Source: Saccharolobus islandicus REY15A (GTDB lineage Archaea; Thermoproteota; Thermoprotei_A; Sulfolobales; Sulfolobaceae). Taken from it: 64,000 nucleotides of DNA. Location of the stretch: NCBI RefSeq assembly GCF_000189555.1, contig NC_017276.1; one strand, 5' to 3'. The notes below the pieces were generated by a model. It made no database searches. It was not told the DNA's origin and worked only from the letters and a program-made list of their open reading frames with translations. The translations under genes and the position numbers were made by a program. This document shows, in pieces, positions 31,347 to 42,133 of this stretch (the stretch's first letter is position 1; each line of letters starts with the position of its first letter).

Positions 31347-32261
31347 TTGATAATTCCATTAATGATAGATGAAGATCAAATCAATTTCATTAGAAGGAAC
31401 CTATTGAAGTATTTAATGGAGGATTACCTTCCATTTCCGGTAAATAAGAGTGTTTGTTACGAATGGGCTAATGGTTTAAATCTTAAGAAAGGTGGGGAGA
31501 CAATAATCTACACCGGTTGTTCTTATCAATTGGCTGAATTAGGAAAGAGATTTGACGAAATTTTGCCTACATTATCCAAATTTAAGGGTATAGAAAGATT
31601 TTCATCGATCTTAAAGGTTTTCTATAAGCCTAGGGATTCACGCTCATATAAGATACTGAGGAATATTACTTCAGTTCTAAAATCTAGTGTAGATTTCGGT
31701 TATTTATATGAGGATGAGCCATATAGTGGTACAATCTTACTGGAAATGGGAATGATTGAGGAATTTAGGGAATACGCTAAGAAATTGATCGAGCTTTTCA
31801 ACTCTCATGGCGTTAAGAGGATAGTTACGGTAGATCCTCATACTCATTATACGCTCTTTAGAATAAAGGAGATGTTTTCTTCATTATGGAATGTGGAGAT
31901 TGTAAACTATTTTGAAGTTATTAAAAACATTAAGATTAAGGGTGAAGGAACTTTCGTATTTCACGACTCTTGTCTTTATTCAAGGTTTCTGGGGATGAGG
32001 GATTCCATTAGGGAAGTTATTAAGAGTTCTGGAATAGTGTTGAAGGAGGATGAGATGATAACTGGTAAGGAAACTTCAATGTGTTGTGGAGGTCCATTGG
32101 CTCCAATAAATAAGGAAGCTAGCGATAAAATAGCGAGAAATAGAGCTGAGGCACTAAAGAGTGTTCACAATAAAGTTCTCTTAGCTTGTCCATTTTGTTA
32201 CGCTAATCTTTCTCCTTATGTAGAAGCTTACGATTTCGCTGAGGTGATAAGTGGTGAGTGA
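31347..32261 (+). CDS. CCG-domain Fe-S protein (LutA/GlcF-like)
   Basis: HDSC, CCGG and ACPFC motifs. Confidence 0.82.
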   Translation: MIIPLMIDEDQINFIRRNLLKYLMEDYLPFPVNKSVCYEWANGLNLKKGGETIIYTGCSYQLAELGKRFDEILPTLSKFKGIERFSSILKVFYKPRDSRSYKILRNITSVLKSSVDFGYLYEDEPYSGTILLEMGMIEEFREYAKKLIELFNSHGVKRIVTVDPHTHYTLFRIKEMFSSLWNVEIVNYFEVIKNIKIKGEGTFVFHDSCLYSRFLGMRDSIREVIKSSGIVLKEDEMITGKETSMCCGGPLAPINKEASDKIARNRAEALKSVHNKVLLACPFCYANLSPYVEAYDFAEVISGE

Positions 32262-33405
32262 TTGGGATATTGCAATAAAGAGAGGAGTAGAGCATAACGT
32301 TCCTAGGGTATTTAAGGTATTAAGGGAACATCCATATTTAGAAGATTTAGCAAGGAAGGTCAGAGAGGGAAAATTAGAGGTTCTTAGTAATTTAGACCAC
32401 TACATAGATATGACCATGAAATCTGTAGAGAGGATTGGGGGTAAGGCGTATTTCGTGGAAAACGCTGAGCAAGCCAAGGAGATTGTTGGTAAAATTGTAG
32501 GTAGTGGTAAGAGGGTTGTTATGGGGAAGTCAATGGTTGCATATGAGACGGGAATTAGGAAGTATTTGCAGTCCATAGGAAATGAGGTTTGGGAGACTGA
32601 CTTAGGTGAACTACTTATACAATTCGCTGATGAGCCTCCATCACATATAATTGCCCCCGCAGTCCACATGACTAGGGAGAGAATAAGGGAGTTGATAAAG
32701 GAGAAGTTAGGTATAGATCCGGGAGATAAACATGAGGATATTGTGAGAGTTGCTAGGGAGTTTTTAAGGCAGAAGTTCTTGGCAGCTGACATAGGAATTA
32801 CTGGAGCTAATGCAGTAGCTGCAGATGCAGGTTCTATTGTTTTAGTCGAGAATGAGGGCAATATAAGGATGAGTAGCGTAGTTCCCCCAGTCCACATTTC
32901 CATTACTGGTGTGGAGAAGATTTTGCCGAACCTGGAGTACGCAATGTATGAGGTTTTAGTTCAAGCAGCCTATGCTGGTTTATATCCTCCAACTTATATA
33001 AACGTTACTTCTGGTCCTTCATCAACTGGTGATGTTGAGCAAAAGAGGGTATCTCCAGCTCACGGTCCAAAGGAGTTTCACCTAATTTTAGTAGATAATG
33101 GTAGGAGAAAGGCTAATGAGGATCCGGTATTGAGAGAGGCGTTACTCTGTATAAGGTGTGGTAGATGTCATTTCCATTGTCCAGTTTATAGGGCTTTAGA
33201 TGGTAAATGGGGAGATCCTCCCTATTCTGGCCCAATGGGTGCAATGTGGAGTGGTGTAGTTTATAATGATTATAAGCCTGCTTTGCTTTGCTCTCATGCT
33301 GGTAACTGTAGGGAGGTATGTCCTATGAAAATAAATATTCCTAAAGTGTTGGAATATTTGAAAAGCAAGTTCTTTATGATGAAGGCTGGGACAAGGGAGG
33401 GATGA
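32251..33405 (+). CDS. LutB-like lactate utilisation protein
   Basis: GKSMV, ETDLGE, SHIIAPA, NEGNIR and CIRCGRC motifs. Confidence 0.85.
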   Translation: MVSDWDIAIKRGVEHNVPRVFKVLREHPYLEDLARKVREGKLEVLSNLDHYIDMTMKSVERIGGKAYFVENAEQAKEIVGKIVGSGKRVVMGKSMVAYETGIRKYLQSIGNEVWETDLGELLIQFADEPPSHIIAPAVHMTRERIRELIKEKLGIDPGDKHEDIVRVAREFLRQKFLAADIGITGANAVAADAGSIVLVENEGNIRMSSVVPPVHISITGVEKILPNLEYAMYEVLVQAAYAGLYPPTYINVTSGPSSTGDVEQKRVSPAHGPKEFHLILVDNGRRKANEDPVLREALLCIRCGRCHFHCPVYRALDGKWGDPPYSGPMGAMWSGVVYNDYKPALLCSHAGNCREVCPMKINIPKVLEYLKSKFFMMKAGTREG

Positions 33406-33431
33406 CGAGAAATATTAGGTTATCTTGCTGA
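33376..33431 (+). ncRNA. Tentative C/D-box sRNA overlapping the lutB-like 3' end
   Basis: C ATGATGA 33376-82, D' GGGA(?) 33395-98, C' ATGACGA 33402-08, D CTGA 33428-31; second guide is unusually long (19 nt). Confidence 0.4.
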
Positions 33432-34895
33432 TTATTCTTGTGATATCATAGTCCCTCTTATTTTTATATCTCTTGTCATGCTCCCTATTATGACCATCAG
33501 TAAGCCGGCAATTGACGCTATATAGAATGTGAGTTGGAACGCGTAATCAGATGGAAGCTGAACTGACAAGAACGTTTCTTGTCCATTCAACGTAACTGGA
33601 TATACCAAATACTGATAGTAAGTTGATAATAGAGACCCGGCTATTGAAGGCCCAAAAGCTCCCCCAATGAGTCTAAATACTGTATTCATTCCAGTTGCAA
33701 TTCCTAAAACTCTTCTTTCAACCGAAAAGGTTAGTATATTTATCAATACAACGTTAAGCATTGCAGCGCCCAATGTAGCTAAGGAGGAGAGTGTTATTAT
33801 TGTCGCAAGATTATTTGATGATCCTCCTATTGCTGTTAAACCTAGGATAAAATAGAAGAATGATAAAATTATTGATGATATTACCACTATAAATTTAGTA
33901 CCAGTCCTCAGTATAAGTCTAGAGGATAGTAAGGCTCCTATCATTTGCATTAATGACACAGGCCACATTAGCAGTCCAGTAGTCAGAATATCTAGGTTAA
34001 ATCCTACTGGATTTGGAAGTTCAAGGAGATAAGTTATTGCTTGATATGCCATGAAGATTCCAAATCCTGCTACAAATGCAGCTATATTTGCAGCTAATAC
34101 ATTCTTCTCCCTTAACAAGTTTATTGAAATTAACGGAAATGGAGTTCTCATTTCATATAATATAAATCCAAAGAAGAGCAATATTCCTAAAAATACTGTT
34201 GTTAAAAAGTCGAGAGATAACCAACCCCATGTTGGTGCTTCAGAAATGGCTATTGTCATTAAGGCCAATGAGAGTCCCAAAACTAAAGCACCTATGTAAT
34301 CGATCTTAGTGTTTGGATTAGTGTACTTACTTTCCCTAATTTCCCTAGATGTTAAATAAGTCAGTAATATCACAAATGGTATTATGAAGTGATAATTATA
34401 TTGCCATCCTAAATCTTGAGCCACTGTAGCAGCTATTGGTAAACTTATTGCCGAACCTATACCGAACATAGCGCTGACAATACCTTGGGCTCTAGGTACT
34501 AAGTGCGGTGGAAATTCTTCCCTTATTAGGCTAAACGCTAATGGAAACATTCCTAACCCAATTCCTTGAATAGTTCTAAAAATTATGAACAAGGTAAAGT
34601 TTGGTGCGAACCCATTGAATGTGACTGCAATTGTGTAGATTATCATTACGTAAACTAGAATACGTTTCTTTCCGTAAATATCACCTAGTTTTCCTACAAT
34701 CGGATTTGAAATGACTCCGCTAACAAGATATGCAGTTAAAATCCAACTTACAGTTGCCGAATTGACGTTAAAGTCATTTGCAATTGTAGGTAAAGACGGT
34801 ATCAGCATTGCTTCAGTATACATTACTGCAATGGCTATTGGAGCTAAGACGAATAATGCTTTATAAGCGTATTTTAGATCGTAACTATCGGACAT
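33432..34895 (-). CDS. MFS transporter, 14-TM DHA2 type
   Basis: GKLGDIYGKK and RTIQGIG motifs; 487 aa. Confidence 0.9.
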   Translation of the reverse strand: MSDSYDLKYAYKALFVLAPIAIAVMYTEAMLIPSLPTIANDFNVNSATVSWILTAYLVSGVISNPIVGKLGDIYGKKRILVYVMIIYTIAVTFNGFAPNFTLFIIFRTIQGIGLGMFPLAFSLIREEFPPHLVPRAQGIVSAMFGIGSAISLPIAATVAQDLGWQYNYHFIIPFVILLTYLTSREIRESKYTNPNTKIDYIGALVLGLSLALMTIAISEAPTWGWLSLDFLTTVFLGILLFFGFILYEMRTPFPLISINLLREKNVLAANIAAFVAGFGIFMAYQAITYLLELPNPVGFNLDILTTGLLMWPVSLMQMIGALLSSRLILRTGTKFIVVISSIILSFFYFILGLTAIGGSSNNLATIITLSSLATLGAAMLNVVLINILTFSVERRVLGIATGMNTVFRLIGGAFGPSIAGSLLSTYYQYLVYPVTLNGQETFLSVQLPSDYAFQLTFYIASIAGLLMVIIGSMTRDIKIRGTMISQE

Positions 34896-34931
34896 TAAGA
34901 TATATCTTTTTGGAGGCTTTATAAGTTTTAT

Positions 34932-36251
34932 CTTAACAAGGGGTTCAAAGGGGGCGAAAGACCCCTTCCGTGAGGGAGGGGATGGATAGCCCCCTTATAT
35001 TTAAATAATTCTTTTTCAAATATTCTATTAATGTCTGACGTAGGGTTACGCTTTAGAGCTTACGCTGACGAACAAACATTGAGGGCGTTAAAAGCCCAAT
35101 TGAGGTTAGCGTGTGAAGTGTACAACACCCTACGTTGGGCAGACATCTATTTTCATGAGAGAGACGGAAAAGGACTCACTAAGACGGAGTTGAGACAACT
35201 AGCTCTCGATCTAAGAAAACAGGATAAACAATATCAACATCTATATTCCCAAACACTACAACATATCGCAGACAGATTCTACGACGCTAGACAGAGGTTC
35301 TTCGAAGGGTTAGCACACTTCCCCAAGGAAAAGAAAGCACACAAGTGGTACTCACTAGTCTACCCTCAGTCAGGTTGGAAAGTCATGAAGGTGAGAGAAA
35401 TAAGGACGAAAAGCAAGAAGAACAAGAAGAAGGTAATGACGCTTCAGCTTTCAAACCTAGGTATCTTCAACGTCGTTGTTCATAGGGATTTCCAACTGGA
35501 AAAAGTGGAGAGGGTAGTAGTCAAGCTGGCACCTTCAGGCAGATTGTACATCACTTTCGTTGTGGATCAAGAGTATCCTCAACTCCCCAAGACAAACAAA
35601 GTTGTTGCTGTGGACGTTGGTGTAGAGAAACTTCTCACTACCTCTGACGGGGAATACGTGCCAAACATGAGGCCTTACGAGAAGGCACTCAACAAGATGA
35701 AGAGGCTTCATAAAGCTCTTTCAAGGAAGAAGTTCTTGTCACACAACTGGTTTAAGGCAAAGGTTAAGCTTGCAAGGGCTTATGAGCACTTGAAGAACTT
35801 GAGGATGGATATGTACATGAAACTGGGGAAGTATTTTGCTGAGCATTATGATGTTCTCGTAATGGAGGATATTCGTGTTAAGCAAATTGTTGGTAAGTCT
35901 CTCAGAAGGCTGAGGATGAGGTTGCACGATGTTGCTTTTCATGAGTTTAGGAGTATTATGGAGTATCAAGTTGGGAAGTATGGTAAGGAGATTCGTTTTG
36001 TTAATCCTGCTTTTACTTCAATGATTTGTGCTAGGTGTGGTTACGTTAAGAAGGACTTGGCTTTGGCTGATCGTGTGTTTGTCTGTCCTTCTTGCGGTTG
36101 GACTGTAGATCGTGATTATAATGCTTCTCTTAATATTCTGAGTAGATCGGGGTCGGAACGACCCTTAGTGCCTGTGGAGCTGAGACCTCTACCTTTGGCA
36201 AGTCTCGGCTGTGAAGCAGGAAGCCACGTCCGTTAGGGCGTGGTAGTTCAC
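34932..36251 (+). mobile_element. IS200/IS605-family tnpB-only element, copy 2 (uninterrupted, about 1320 bp)
   Basis: Left-end hairpins, tnpB, right end TTCAC; near-identical to copy 1; no tnpA. Confidence 0.92.
35031..36236 (+). CDS. tnpB: TnpB RNA-guided endonuclease, copy 2
   Basis: Same motifs as copy 1; six amino-acid differences. Confidence 0.95.
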   Translation: MSDVGLRFRAYADEQTLRALKAQLRLACEVYNTLRWADIYFHERDGKGLTKTELRQLALDLRKQDKQYQHLYSQTLQHIADRFYDARQRFFEGLAHFPKEKKAHKWYSLVYPQSGWKVMKVREIRTKSKKNKKKVMTLQLSNLGIFNVVVHRDFQLEKVERVVVKLAPSGRLYITFVVDQEYPQLPKTNKVVAVDVGVEKLLTTSDGEYVPNMRPYEKALNKMKRLHKALSRKKFLSHNWFKAKVKLARAYEHLKNLRMDMYMKLGKYFAEHYDVLVMEDIRVKQIVGKSLRRLRMRLHDVAFHEFRSIMEYQVGKYGKEIRFVNPAFTSMICARCGYVKKDLALADRVFVCPSCGWTVDRDYNASLNILSRSGSERPLVPVELRPLPLASLGCEAGSHVR

Positions 36252-36271
36252 TTGGTTTTAACTGGTTAAGT
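36132..36271 (+). ncRNA. Predicted TnpB reRNA with flank-derived guide, copy 2; boundaries approximate
   Basis: Inferred from family architecture; guide begins TTGGTTTTAACTGG after TTCAC. Confidence 0.6.
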
Positions 36272-36303
36272 TAAAGTACTTATATGTAATATTGATTATT
36301 ATT

Positions 36304-38250
36304 ATGATGATTTGGATAGAAGACGAGAGTGGGAATAAATATCAGTGTGATAGTAACGGAAATTGCGAAAACTTAGCAATAGTTAAGGTTCATACAAAGG
36401 AGTATAATAAGGAGGGAAAGATATACAGCGTCGAGGCAAAGTCATTTGTGAAACTATCTAAATTTCCCATTACGTTAAAGCTCGATTTAAAGACTGATCA
36501 AATTCTCTCATTTACAACTCAACAAATCTATTCAGAAGTCTACGGGAAAGCTTTTGCATACTATAACCAATTGGCAATTGATATGGAACCTGTAACTGAA
36601 CCTCCGAAGGAGGTTAAATACGAGATTAGAAGTCTAGATCATGAGAAGTACATAAGGACTTATCCATGTTGGCTTTATCCCGTCTTCAATACAATTCCAG
36701 ATTACAGTGTTTTCGCATTAGTCAAGAGTGGAAATTCTTATCAGTCTTTATTTACACTTTCCAACAATTACGTTACGGCGTATCTCTTTAACGATTCAGT
36801 TAAAATCTACTCTGGTATTAATACTGATGAAATTAGGAAGAGCTATTTTCTCTCTATAGGTACTTCGGATAATCCATATAAGGCAATTGAGAATGCAATT
36901 AGTATTGCATCTAAGGAAACTCATACCTTCAAGCTAAGAAAGGAAAAGGACTTACCACATAAGGTCATGAGTGGGCTAGGGTGGTGTAGTTGGAACGCGT
37001 TTTTAACTAAGGATCTTAATGAGGAGAATTTAATCAAAGTAGTAAAGGGAATAATGGAAAGGGTAAGATTAAGTTGGGTAATAATAGATGATGGATGGCA
37101 AGACCAAAATAACGACAGGGCAATAATGAGTTTAAAGCCAGATAATAAGAAGTTCCCAAGTGGCTTCAGAAATACTGTAAGCTCGTTAAAGTCAATTGGC
37201 GTTAAGTACGTTGGTTTATGGCATACAATAAATACCCATTGGGGAGGAATGACTCAAGAGTTTATGAAGTCACTCGACGTAAAGGGACATTTTACCAATT
37301 TCCTCAATAGTTATGTGCCTCCACCAAATCTTGAGGATGCAATAGATTTCTATAAGGTCTTTGATGGAAATATCTTAAGGGATTTCGATCTTGTTAAAGT
37401 TGATAATCAATGGGTAATTCACGCGCTATATGATGGTTTTCCAATAGGTCTAGCTAGTAGGAATGTTCAACTCGCTTTGCAATATGCAGTAGGGAAAGAC
37501 GTTATAAATTGCATGTCGATGAACCCAGAAAATTACTGTAATTACTTTTATAGTAATGTGATGAGGAATTCTATCGACTACGTACCCTTCTGGAAGGACG
37601 GAGCGAAACTTCACGTTATGTTCAATGCGTACAACTCCTTAGTGATCTCTCATATAGTTTATCCAGATTATGACATGTTCATGTCTTATGATCCTTATGC
37701 AAAGGTTCACTTAGTTGCAAGGGTTTTCAGTGGAGGACCACTTTATATTACGGATAGGCATCCAGAGAAGATGAACGTTGAATTGTTAAAAATGGCGGTT
37801 CTTCCAAATGGTGAAGTTGTTAGAGTGGATGAGCCAGGGTTAATAACTGAGGATTTATTGTTCAAAGATCCATTAAGAGAAAAGGTTTTGTTGAAGATGA
37901 GGAGTAAGGTCAAAGGGTATAATGCAATTGCATTCTTTAACCTAAACGATGAAGATGTAGAGGAGGAGTATAATAATAGTGAGGACTATTACTATTACAA
38001 GGTATTTTCTAGGGAATTTGGAGTAGGTAACTTTAATGTTAAGCTAAGAGAACTCGATGCTGAGATCGCTATCACTTTTCCGAAGAGTAACAAAGTTATA
38101 GGTTTAAGAGAATACATTTTACCACCATTTACTGTAATAGCTAGCAATAACGTAGTGATTCCTAGGGCAGATGGTACATTACTATATGTTAAAGACTTTA
38201 AACTAAACGAAGTTAAGGTGAGGGAGGGAATACCAGCTATTATAGAATAG
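36304..38250 (+). CDS. GH36 alpha-galactosidase (raffinose synthase/Sip1-like)
   Basis: [27 protein letters not shown] and PDYDMF motifs. Confidence 0.9.
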   Translation: MMIWIEDESGNKYQCDSNGNCENLAIVKVHTKEYNKEGKIYSVEAKSFVKLSKFPITLKLDLKTDQILSFTTQQIYSEVYGKAFAYYNQLAIDMEPVTEPPKEVKYEIRSLDHEKYIRTYPCWLYPVFNTIPDYSVFALVKSGNSYQSLFTLSNNYVTAYLFNDSVKIYSGINTDEIRKSYFLSIGTSDNPYKAIENAISIASKETHTFKLRKEKDLPHKVMSGLGWCSWNAFLTKDLNEENLIKVVKGIMERVRLSWVIIDDGWQDQNNDRAIMSLKPDNKKFPSGFRNTVSSLKSIGVKYVGLWHTINTHWGGMTQEFMKSLDVKGHFTNFLNSYVPPPNLEDAIDFYKVFDGNILRDFDLVKVDNQWVIHALYDGFPIGLASRNVQLALQYAVGKDVINCMSMNPENYCNYFYSNVMRNSIDYVPFWKDGAKLHVMFNAYNSLVISHIVYPDYDMFMSYDPYAKVHLVARVFSGGPLYITDRHPEKMNVELLKMAVLPNGEVVRVDEPGLITEDLLFKDPLREKVLLKMRSKVKGYNAIAFFNLNDEDVEEEYNNSEDYYYYKVFSREFGVGNFNVKLRELDAEIAITFPKSNKVIGLREYILPPFTVIASNNVVIPRADGTLLYVKDFKLNEVKVREGIPAIIE

Positions 38251-38324
38251 GATGAGATTTATTTTGGACAATAATGTAATTTCTACATGAATGAGTTTTC
38301 TCAAATGTTCATGGGAGATATCCC

Positions 38325-39548
38325 TTAAAGAGAGCATTCTCGTAAAATTTCATGGATTTTTTTAACTTTATCCTCTACGCTCTCGTGGTAGCCTATGATA
38401 CCCTTTTTAATAATACTTAGGGATGAGACAATTTTAGACTCGTTACTTAACGGTCTTATTTCGTCGTCATCATAAACAAATATTTCATCCTCGCTATATG
38501 GTACATCGTAGAAATCGTGATATAATATTAATCCATTATTCTCCCTCATTATCTCGTTTATTTCTTTTCTTTTCTTCTCTAGCGTTTCATAACAGTTACC
38601 GGTTATATCTTTCTTATATCTCTTAAAGCCCTTTCTATAGATTATGGAGTTGAAGAATTCCTTCCCAGCCTCATCTAATTTAGACATGATTAGAACGTCA
38701 TTCAGCTTTAAGTAGTTTTCGGGAGTGATATCAGGTATAAGATTTTTTTGCATCAATTTAGCAACTGCGTGAGATAGTACTGCATTATATAATCCTACCA
38801 CACTGTGAAAATAAATGGTCTCATACATATACATCCTAGCCAAGAGGAATTGCTCAACCACTGGTATGGCCTTTTTCAATACTGCTAACTTTCCATTAAC
38901 GTAAATTAAGGATCTCTTTATCCTCTCAATGTCGAAGTTTCCATACCCAACACCAGCAAAATAAGAGTCTCTTAGCAAGTAATCTCCTCTATCCGCATCT
39001 AAGGGACTTGAAATTATTAGTGAGGCTAGACTTTCCTCTTTAGTCCTTGGAGTAGAGGATATTACTCTTTGCACAAAGTTCACTACATCGTAATTCTTAG
39101 ACAGCTTGTCCAGGAAATTACCCAAGTAATAGTCTATAACTCTATTCCCAAGTATTACATGAGTTTTCTTACCATAATATTCCACGTCAATCCCATAAAC
39201 CTCTTTAGCTAAGGATAATGCGTTTTCAAAAGTGTGAGAAAAGGGTAGATGTCCTATATCGTGAAGTAATCCTGACAAGCCTACTAGTTTCAAATACTCC
39301 TCATTAATGAAATCTAACTCGGTATATTGCTCAGAATTTATCTTAATGTATCTGGTAAGTTCCTTAGCTAAATGCATAACTCCTAAACTGTGTTCAAATC
39401 TGGTATGTCTCATTCCAGGGTAGACTAGGTAAGCTAAACCAGTTTGTGTAATATGTCTTAACCTCTGAAATATTTCAGTAGAAACAATTTGCAATATGAA
39501 ATCCTCAACCTCAATGTAACCGTGGATTGGGTCTCTTATAATCTTCAT
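38325..39548 (-). CDS. HD-domain phosphohydrolase (dNTPase-like)
   Basis: IRDPIHG, HTRFEHSLG, LLHDIGHLPFSH and DADRGDYLLRD motifs. Confidence 0.9.
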   Translation of the reverse strand: MKIIRDPIHGYIEVEDFILQIVSTEIFQRLRHITQTGLAYLVYPGMRHTRFEHSLGVMHLAKELTRYIKINSEQYTELDFINEEYLKLVGLSGLLHDIGHLPFSHTFENALSLAKEVYGIDVEYYGKKTHVILGNRVIDYYLGNFLDKLSKNYDVVNFVQRVISSTPRTKEESLASLIISSPLDADRGDYLLRDSYFAGVGYGNFDIERIKRSLIYVNGKLAVLKKAIPVVEQFLLARMYMYETIYFHSVVGLYNAVLSHAVAKLMQKNLIPDITPENYLKLNDVLIMSKLDEAGKEFFNSIIYRKGFKRYKKDITGNCYETLEKKRKEINEIMRENNGLILYHDFYDVPYSEDEIFVYDDDEIRPLSNESKIVSSLSIIKKGIIGYHESVEDKVKKIHEILRECSL

Positions 39549-39594
39549 GAAAAATAAAATCTGCAAAAGTACTTATTAATTTCTCTCAAACTTT

Positions 39595-39602
39595 ACCTTG
39601 TT
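39595..39602 (+). promoter_or_regulatory. Degenerate ARA-box candidate upstream of araD
   Basis: ACCTTGTT (6/8 match to AACATGTT) at about the same distance from ATG as the perfect box at 46131. Confidence 0.45.
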
Positions 39603-39641
39603 AGGATTGATGTTTATAAGTATAATTGGCTATTTACTATC

Positions 39642-40763
39642 ATGATAAAGGATATTAGAACGTATAAGTTATGTTACGAAGGGATAAACGATGAAAGGGA
39701 TGCGTTAGCAATTAAGGGGTTAGCAGAGCACCCAATGGAGATTGTAGTAACTGAAATCGAGACTTCTGACGGTTATGTAGGTTATGGTGAGTCGTTGGCT
39801 TACGGGTGTTCAGATGCAGTTCAAGTTACAATAGAGAAAATATTGAAACCGTTGCTCCTTAAGGAAGACGAGGAACTCATTGAGTACTTATGGGATAAAA
39901 TGTATAAAGCTACCTTAAGGTTTGGTAGAAGAGGAATAGCCATAGCTGGTATTAGTGGTGTAGATACTGCCCTATGGGATATAATGGGGAAAAAGGCGAA
40001 GAAACCAATTTATAAATTACTTGGAGGTAGCAAAAGGAAAGTAAGAGCGTATATAACTGGAGGTTACTATTCCGAAAAGAAGGATCTTGAAAAACTTAGA
40101 GATGAGGAAGCGTACTACGTTAAAATGGGATTTAAGGGAATTAAGGTAAAGATTGGTGCTAAAAGTATGGAGGAAGATATCGAGAGGCTCAAGGCCATAA
40201 GGGAAGTGGTTGGAGAGGATGTTAAAATAGCTGTGGATGCTAATAACGTTTACACGTTTGAAGAAGCATTGGAAATGGGAAGAAGGTTAGAGAAATTGGG
40301 GATATGGTTCTTTGAAGAGCCAATTCAAACTGATTATCTTGATCTAAGTGCCAGACTAGCAGAGGAGTTGGAAGTTCCAATAGCAGGCTACGAGACTGCT
40401 TATACTAGGTGGGAATTTTACGAGATAATGAGGAAGAGGGCAGTCGATATTGTGCAAACAGATGTAATGTGGACAGGAGGAATATCTGAGATGATGAAAA
40501 TAGGGAATATGGCCAAGGTAATGGGATATCCGTTAATCCCACATTATTCTGCAGGGGGTATATCGCTTATTGGCAATTTGCATGTAGCTGCGGCGTTAAA
40601 TTCGCCTTGGATAGAGATGCATCTAAGGAAAAATGACTTAAGAGACAAAATATTCAAGGAAAGCATCGAAATTGACAATGGCCACTTAGTCGTTCCGGAT
40701 AGACCGGGATTAGGTTACACAATTAGAGATGGAGTGTTTGAAGAGTACAAGTGCAAGTCGTGA
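39642..40763 (+). CDS. araD: Enolase-superfamily acid-sugar dehydratase (D-arabinonate dehydratase-like)
   Basis: KVK, DANN, EEP and YE metal ligands; IPH motif; located in the pentose cluster. Confidence 0.8.
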   Translation: MIKDIRTYKLCYEGINDERDALAIKGLAEHPMEIVVTEIETSDGYVGYGESLAYGCSDAVQVTIEKILKPLLLKEDEELIEYLWDKMYKATLRFGRRGIAIAGISGVDTALWDIMGKKAKKPIYKLLGGSKRKVRAYITGGYYSEKKDLEKLRDEEAYYVKMGFKGIKVKIGAKSMEEDIERLKAIREVVGEDVKIAVDANNVYTFEEALEMGRRLEKLGIWFFEEPIQTDYLDLSARLAEELEVPIAGYETAYTRWEFYEIMRKRAVDIVQTDVMWTGGISEMMKIGNMAKVMGYPLIPHYSAGGISLIGNLHVAAALNSPWIEMHLRKNDLRDKIFKESIEIDNGHLVVPDRPGLGYTIRDGVFEEYKCKS

Positions 40764-40798
40764 ATTCTTTTTTATCCCAATAACTAAAACTTCCTATT

Positions 40799-42133
40799 AT
40801 GGAGAGAATAGGAGATTTACTTTCTAACCTTCCTACCGACTACGCTAAGGCACTAATTCAAATATTAACTGCCGATAATTGGAATAGACTGGATAGGGAC
40901 GTTAACTTCTATCAGTTAGGTTTAGGTATAGGAAAGGTTGTAAGTAGAATTGATAAGGAGACGTTGAAAGCACTCGTTAAGTCGTGTGACTATTATCAAA
41001 GCTTATGTAGAGGAATAGCAAAAGGAATGGATGGGATTGAATTAGATAGGGATTTGATACTCTATTTGGGAAATTTAAGCCCAGTAATTGCAATGGAATT
41101 ATTAGCAAATCTGGAACTTTACAAATATCCAGATATCATGAAGATATTGGCTGTTAACGTAGCCCAAATAAAGCATATCCCAAATGTGGGGAGTAATATT
41201 GCAAGGCAATTCGATAAATTACCTTTTGAGATTAGGAGGCAAATATTAGATATATTTAAGGATAACTCGATGTTTCTCTATGAGTTTTTACAATCAGTGA
41301 ACCTAAACAAGGTAGATAATATTGAAAATTTTTTGAACAAAATTAAGGAAATTGACGAGATAATTGGTTATAGACTTTACGAGGTTAATGATAAAATGAA
41401 GGAAAAATTACTCAATTTTTCAAGTGTTAGCGTAGGTATAGGGAAAGGCTTTCAAAACTTATCGTATCACTGGAAGAGGAAGGTCATAGAAAAGGTGAAA
41501 AAAGATAAGGAATTCGCTAAAGGCTTTCTGTCATCGATTGATCTTTCATTACTAGAGGACGAGTTCTTTGATATAATAATTAAAATAGGAGAGAGTGATT
41601 TAGAATTGTCTAAAGTTTTGGGTAGAAATTTCGGAAATTCCTTAGCGTATTTGACTGAGGATTTAAAGAGTCTTGCCTTTAATATAGCTCAAGGAAACCC
41701 CGATTTCGCACGTGGGTTTGGAGAGGGTATAAGCGAATCTTTGGGAAGCTTCATTGGTTTCATTAGGGGTAAGGCTTATGAATTAAAGAAGGAAGATCAA
41801 GATAGGGTTTTGGATTTAGCCTTATCTAACGATAACTTCGCCAATGGACTTCTAACTACTTTCAATGCAATATTCTTTTTCGACAATAAAGAGAAGGTAT
41901 TAGAGTTAATGATTAAGCGTGAACAATATTTAAAATTATTTATAGAACAGATTGGGAGAAGGATAAACGACTTTGACTTGTTCAAACTTCTCTCTTTAAA
42001 TAATAAGTTAACATCAGAACTAGGTAAAATATTATGCAGAAACTTCATTTACTTGAGTAAGAAAAATAGGGAAATTGTATTGGAGTGGTTATCAAAAAAT
42101 AATGAATTGAAAGAGGGATTTTTACAGTGTTAA
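40799..42133 (+). CDS. Hypothetical alpha-helical repeat protein
   Basis: Recurring GLGIG / GIAKG / GIGKG / FAKGF / FARGFGEG units. Confidence 0.75.
   Translation: MERIGDLLSNLPTDYAKALIQILTADNWNRLDRDVNFYQLGLGIGKVVSRIDKETLKALVKSCDYYQSLCRGIAKGMDGIELDRDLILYLGNLSPVIAMELLANLELYKYPDIMKILAVNVAQIKHIPNVGSNIARQFDKLPFEIRRQILDIFKDNSMFLYEFLQSVNLNKVDNIENFLNKIKEIDEIIGYRLYEVNDKMKEKLLNFSSVSVGIGKGFQNLSYHWKRKVIEKVKKDKEFAKGFLSSIDLSLLEDEFFDIIIKIGESDLELSKVLGRNFGNSLAYLTEDLKSLAFNIAQGNPDFARGFGEGISESLGSFIGFIRGKAYELKKEDQDRVLDLALSNDNFANGLLTTFNAIFFFDNKEKVLELMIKREQYLKLFIEQIGRRINDFDLFKLLSLNNKLTSELGKILCRNFIYLSKKNREIVLEWLSKNNELKEGFLQC

Noticed and set aside
38325-39548. HD-domain dNTPase as an antiviral defence gene
   Set aside because: Housekeeping-type context with no defence neighbours; nothing in the sequence separates it from ordinary HD hydrolases
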